From: Candidatus Undinarchaeota archaeon
Lineage (GTDB): Archaea > SpSt-1190
Assembly (NCBI GenBank): GCA_964549355.1
Contig: CAZJUS010000005.1
Location: forward strand, 1 to 36,305
Length of the DNA stretch: 36,305 nt
Direction: 5' to 3'
A program made the position numbers and the translations under genes. The notes under the pieces were generated by a model. That model searched no databases. It was not told the origin of the DNA and worked only from the letters and a program-made list of their open reading frames with translations. Each line of letters begins with the position of its first letter. Position 1 is the stretch's first letter. Shown here piece after piece: positions 15,201 through 21,200 of the stretch.

Positions 15201-18200
15201 ACTTTCCCATACTTCATCTTTTATTTGAACCTTCAATTCTGTGGTTTGGCTTCCGCTTCTGTTGGCCACTACATCCGTCCCGTTGCCGGCCCAGATAATC
15301 CATGTGATGTTTCTCTTTTTTATGGAGAATGTATCATCCCCTGGAGACGTAATATAATTCAGGTTGGTGTCCGTAACATTGAATTTGAAATACCATGTAT
15401 CTTCGACATCACTGCTGTTGAATGCTCTTTGGAAATACACCGGTGTATTGTCCGGGCCGGGTACTGATTCATTATAATCCTGCAGGAACCATTCCCCCGT
15501 GCCTTTTTTGAGCAAAAAGGTAACGTTGAGGGTATCGTCTGTTGAATCACTTACATTCACTCTGAAAAGCAGGGTATTGCCCCACATGATGGAGGAAGCG
15601 TTCACCCATATGTCGTCGATGGCCGGCGGAAAGTACGTTGTGAAATTAACTGTTTTTTCTCCCGGATTGTAATACTGCATAGTTGCGTTCATAGTTACGT
15701 TGAATTTGGCTTCCGGTTGTCCGCTCGTGTCCCATGTGCAGTTCCATTTGCCTAGGGTACTGCTGTATGACGCATCGCAGATATACCGTGTACCGTCGGT
15801 TTTCCTCATAATGACAAAATCTACATCAGCACCCGATGTTATTGCAGTATTGCAGTCATCGCTCAATGTTCCTTGAAAATTAATGGGGTTCCCCATATTG
15901 ATTAATTCATCGTTGGTGGGATTGTCGATTGCAGGGTATAAATTCCCAATTATTGTAACAGTGAAATTTTCAGAATATGCTGGCTGGTAGCAGTCTGCAC
16001 TTGAAAGCACTTTGTAATACCATTTTTGAGGGCCTGCTTCGAATTTTGGTGCAGAGCAACCAGGGTTCAAGTATCCTGAATTTGAAACCTTTTTGAGATG
16101 CCCTGTGGCATTGCTTGTAGCAGACATGCTGTAGAGGAATGAACCGTCTGTGGTGATCCAGAGGGATGCGTCCACTCCTGCACCTCCGTATGTGTTTGCG
16201 TCAGTATCATTTAATCGCCCCACCAATAAAGTTTCGTTTCCCGGTTCCGTATCCGTCCTATTCACATAGGTGTTGTTGCCCATGAAGTGTTCAATGATGA
16301 TGTCATCCTCTTCAAGCCTGAATTGGCCCACAATGGATTGGTTGCTCTGGAATCCAGGGTCTGTTGTATTGAAAAAGTAGTAGAGGTAATCGGGGTAGCT
16401 GATGTTGGCGCAAGAGAAGCTTATGTTTTCCCAACTTATGGTGTGCGTGTAATCCCCGCAATTTTCGCATATCCGGCTTTCAATGAATTCCCAAGGACCT
16501 GTGCTGAAATTACTGTACCACAGTTTTATGGTCAATGTTTGATTGTCAGGGTCATAAACTTCAACTGAAAAATTCCAGGTTTCGCCCCAACCCCCCGTGT
16601 TTGTGCCTTCTTCAGATACTGCTGTGACTTCACCAAATACAGGAATGACTTGCTCTCTTGGCAGATATGTGTATGTGGGGGCAGGGTAAGTCGCCTGCCG
16701 TGCAGCCTTTATCGGCAACAGATTATGTTCGTCCCCTACATTATCAGTTTCATAGTATGCATAGACTGATGCATTGCAGAACAACCGAGACCCCGCACTT
16801 ATCATTCCTGAAGACGAATAGCCGTAGTAAAGCCTGCTGGGGTACGGGTAGATATTGCTGTCTGATACATCACTCCATACTGCAGCACCTCCATTTGGAC
16901 CGTATAATGTACATTTGGTGTTGGGTGTTATCGTAACAATGGTCAGATACTCACCTTCCTGTGGAATGAAATACTCCCTGCTCAGTTCGTATTCCGGCAG
17001 GAAGGTGGTTATATCTGTTCCATCGGCATCTGCAGTTTGAATGGCTGCTACAGGATGGGTGCACATTATATGAGCAGAGGCACAATCCCCGTGTACATTG
17101 CCTGCTTGACCTCCGTCATTTGGAATCAAAGCGGTATCGAGAGGCACCACCATGCCTTCATCCATGTAGACTGTTAGTTTGGTGACATCATCTGAAAAGT
17201 AGATGTCGCATTTAGTATCGTTCAGAAGGGCCCCCAGGTGCAAGTATCGTGATGGCAAACCATAGAGGTCTTTGTCGGGCAGATGGCCCGGTGCCTGGTC
17301 CTGTCCTGATGTCACTGCGAAACTTTCAATGAAGACCAGTAATGGTGCTGTTGAGTTCATGCGGAGGACACGGTCGTCTGCAGGGTCTTGGCTGGTCCTT
17401 CTTGTGCCTCTGTAATCGATTTCTACATCTTCTAAGTATGACCAACCCCCCCAGTCATCACTGGCTCCTTGGTAAAGGGTTGCGTTGGTTTGTTCATATG
17501 GAGCGAACATCCAGTAGGTGTTGTTGTTCCTGCTGAAGGCAAATCCCATTGAAACATCCTGCCATCCTTTTGGAACGAAAGTGTCTCCCGGCCTGTCGTC
17601 GCCGGTATCATCCCCTATATTGTCTATGGACAAAGGACCTGTTGTGTTGACTGCAGTGCTCCTGGTATGATTGGCTGCCAGTACAGTTATTGATTCGCCG
17701 GCATCCAGCGTGGTGCTCCAAGACCCGATAGTAACCTGCGTATTGTCTTGGAATGCAACCATTGCGGTATCCAGTTCTGCGTTGAATTGGCCCACAGGAT
17801 AGTAGATGTCTTTTTGGGTTGTGTAGTTGAAAACTTCGCTTTCATCACCCGTGGTCGTGACTTGGCCGACTTGGCCGTGGTACAAATAAATGGTATTGTT
17901 CTTATTGGCTTCAATCCAGGGCACCTGCACCCATATTATAGTTTCAATCAAGTCGTTATTGCACATTCTCGGCTCAACGTAGTATGGAATAGGGTCGTCT
18001 GTTTGGTTTGTAATTCGTATGTCTTGGCAGTCGCTTTGCATAATCCCCCTGTCTATCAATTCTGTGGTGTTCAGCCGAAGCATTATCTGGAATTCGGTTA
18101 AATTCTCCCCCGAGTTTTCAGAGATGTTGATTGGTATCCTGTACCCCCATCCGCTTTCAAAATAAGGAGTTTTCCATGATGCGCTGGTGTCCGTTCCATT

Positions 18201-21200
18201 CAAGTTAGGGGTAGATACATTGTCTTCGCAACGGACCGTTATGAAGTGACTGTCTCCCAATTCCCCGGATACATTGAGTGCTTTGTAAGTGTCGTTGGCA
18301 ACGTAGCCAATAAAAATCCATTTGCCACTGTTGTCTGCAGAATACCAGCATTTGATTGGGTCTGCCTCCCCGTCCTGGACGGTGAAATTCAAAAGAACCT
18401 CAATTGTATTTTCACTCCCATCTGGAAGTGTGATATTCACTTCAGGCCCTGAACTTTTTTGCTCTGAACCTTCTGTGGTTTGAGAAGATACGAATTGTGT
18501 TGGATTTTTAGTAATGCTCCACCAAGCAACATCATTGTCAGAGTGAGAATTACATGTATCCCCGCTATCTATTTCACAAAAGTTTACATCGATACTGTTT
18601 GTCCCTACATTATCGGCTTCATCAATTTTTGGTTGCTGGGACCCAACATTTTCTTGTATTTCTGCAATAGCTATGGGATTGCTTACTGTGTTGGCATAAG
18701 TTCCTGTTTGCCAAACAACTGAGGTGGGGTTGATATTTACAGCCCCAGAATCACTATCCAAGTATGTAAATGGTTCATTGTTGTCAATTATTGCAATCCA
18801 TCCCACTGTTTCAGTTGCATGACTTGAATCGCAGGTATCTGTTGCATCTTGTCTGCAGATTCCTGCAGCAAATTGGCTTGAACTTTTGGTGTCAAGCCAA
18901 GATTCCACCGGGTGGTCTCCGTCATTATCGGTTTGAACTGCAAAGAAAAGATAGGGTGTAGAGCCAAAGTTCTCATTAAAATAATTCGTGCTTGTCGTTG
19001 CATCCATTCCCCCTCCAACGTTAAATGTTCCACACTCGAAATTTGGTTCATCATTGAGGTTGCTTCCTGCCACCACAAAACCCACCGTTTCATTCACAGC
19101 CCTTGAAACACAAGATGTTCCGGGACCATCTGACTCACAAAACCTCACCAGGGCATGGGTTTCAGTGACGTTGGTTGCCTCAAAAACAAGCGCTTCATAT
19201 CCGCTGAATGTGTTGGCTGTTCCTACAACGACGGGGTCCTCGTATGGACCGTATTCAATACGTCTCCAGACTCCGCTCTGGGTTGAAATGTTGCCCGTGG
19301 TAATGTTGTTGTAAACTACGGCAGTGATGTTGCTTTCAGATGAAGCGGTTGGGTTGCCATAATACATGAAAACGGTTTTGTTTTCATATGCAGTGAAGTT
19401 CATCTTCAGCCAGATGTTGGTTTCAGTTGTATTGCAGGTGTCATCTTCAAACCAGAATGGAATTTCTTCGTCGTTGTAGTTGGTAAATCTGATGTCCCCG
19501 CAGTCCCCCCGCATCTTGCTTTCTGCAATAATTGCGGATGTATTGACTGTGAGCTTAACCGGCCACTGAGTCCAAGCCTCCCCTGCAGTTTCGCTTACAT
19601 TAATTGGTTTTCTCCATTTCCAGCCAGTATAAGTCCAGGTACCGGGGTCGACTGCAAAATGCCACTGCCTTGCTTCTTTGAAAATCCCGTTTTCATACTC
19701 AACTTCAGCGGGCCCAAGCATGTAAAGATACGGCCAAATTTTTGGAATCTCCGCCTCGTAGCTGACAACTGAATTGTTGGTCAGATTCACCCACTCAAGA
19801 ATCTTGGTATCGCCTTCTTCAGTAATCTCGGCCCCTCCATCATCAATCAAATCGAAAGCACTTGGCAAAACTTCCCGGAAGTTGAACTTTTCAGCATCAG
19901 TGAATGAAATAATCTGAATTGACGACTCCAAATCATTTCTTGAAGGGTCAATTGTAACTGGCGTATCCCTGATAATGTCAAATTCAAAGTGCTCTTTTGA
20001 CATGAAGTGGGAATCAATCTCAGCATCCATGCCTCCCTTGGCATCAACATGAATGAGGTGCTTCCCTTCAACCTCAACTGGATAATTTGCTCTGTAAACT
20101 CCCTTAGACGATTCATAAACACCTTCATTAGTTGAAAGCACCAAAACTTCCTTGTTTGGGTTGGTTATGGTAAGTTCGATTTGGGCCTCAGATCTTAGAT
20201 GGCCGTCTTTATCCAGAACCACCATAATAATTTCTGCGACCTCCCCCGGCCTGTAGATGCTCTTCCTCGTGTTGACGCTGACCAGCCCCCATTTGAACCA
20301 ATACTCCTGCTTGGTTGAGTCGGTGCCAACCACCAGCTTGTATAGGCCTGCCATTTGGCCCCTGCTGCTGTTGAATTTAATATGAAACTTTCCAAAACCG
20401 ACATCAACAACCTCCGCATCTCCGATGACCTTGCCGTCCGGCCCGATTACAGTGGCATTCAGTTCTTTTATGCTCTCAAGCGTGATTTTGTAGCTTTTTT
20501 CTTTCAGGTCGGTTTTCCACTCGACTTTGTCAGTCAATCCGTCTCCGTCGCTGTCAGAGAAATTGGCTCCTGCAACTTCATTGCCTTTGCCGTCAAGCAA
20601 TCTGAACTCCTTGCCAGACCCTTTGAGGCTTACATCAAACTCAGGAGTTTCGTTGAGTGCAAATACACTTTTAATAGCTTCAACTTCCAGCCGGGTTCCT
20701 CTGTTCTCTTCAAGTTCAGTTCCAACATTGAGAGTTCCATTAGCCACCCCTTCAAACTCCACAGTTTTCTCCCAGCTAAAAAACCTATTGGTCCGTTCAG
20801 TTTGGATGACATTGCCGTCCTGCAGGCGGTCCTCTTTGACTGTTACAAGCCCGCCCATTAACTGCTCCTCTTCGCCCTCGCATTCCACAAAGACAGTGGC
20901 ATTTTTTCTCTCGAGCTTCCAACTTAAGCTTGTGGTGTTGTATTTGCCAATTGTAAAATTGAAGCTGATGTTCCCGCAGTGGTTGGCTCTAAATATCCAA
21001 TCCACATTCATCATGCCTTCGGCTCTTTCGGAGGAGCTCTCAACCTCCTTCATCACGGTTTCAAGCGACACCAGCGGGGGCGCCCCTTCCATGCTGAGAA
21101 CAGAAATACTGCCTTCAAACTCATCCCCGTAATTCACAGTTTTAGGCAGGGTCAGATTGAGCAGGAGTGTCGGCTCATCGGGCACTGCAAAAACTTTAAC

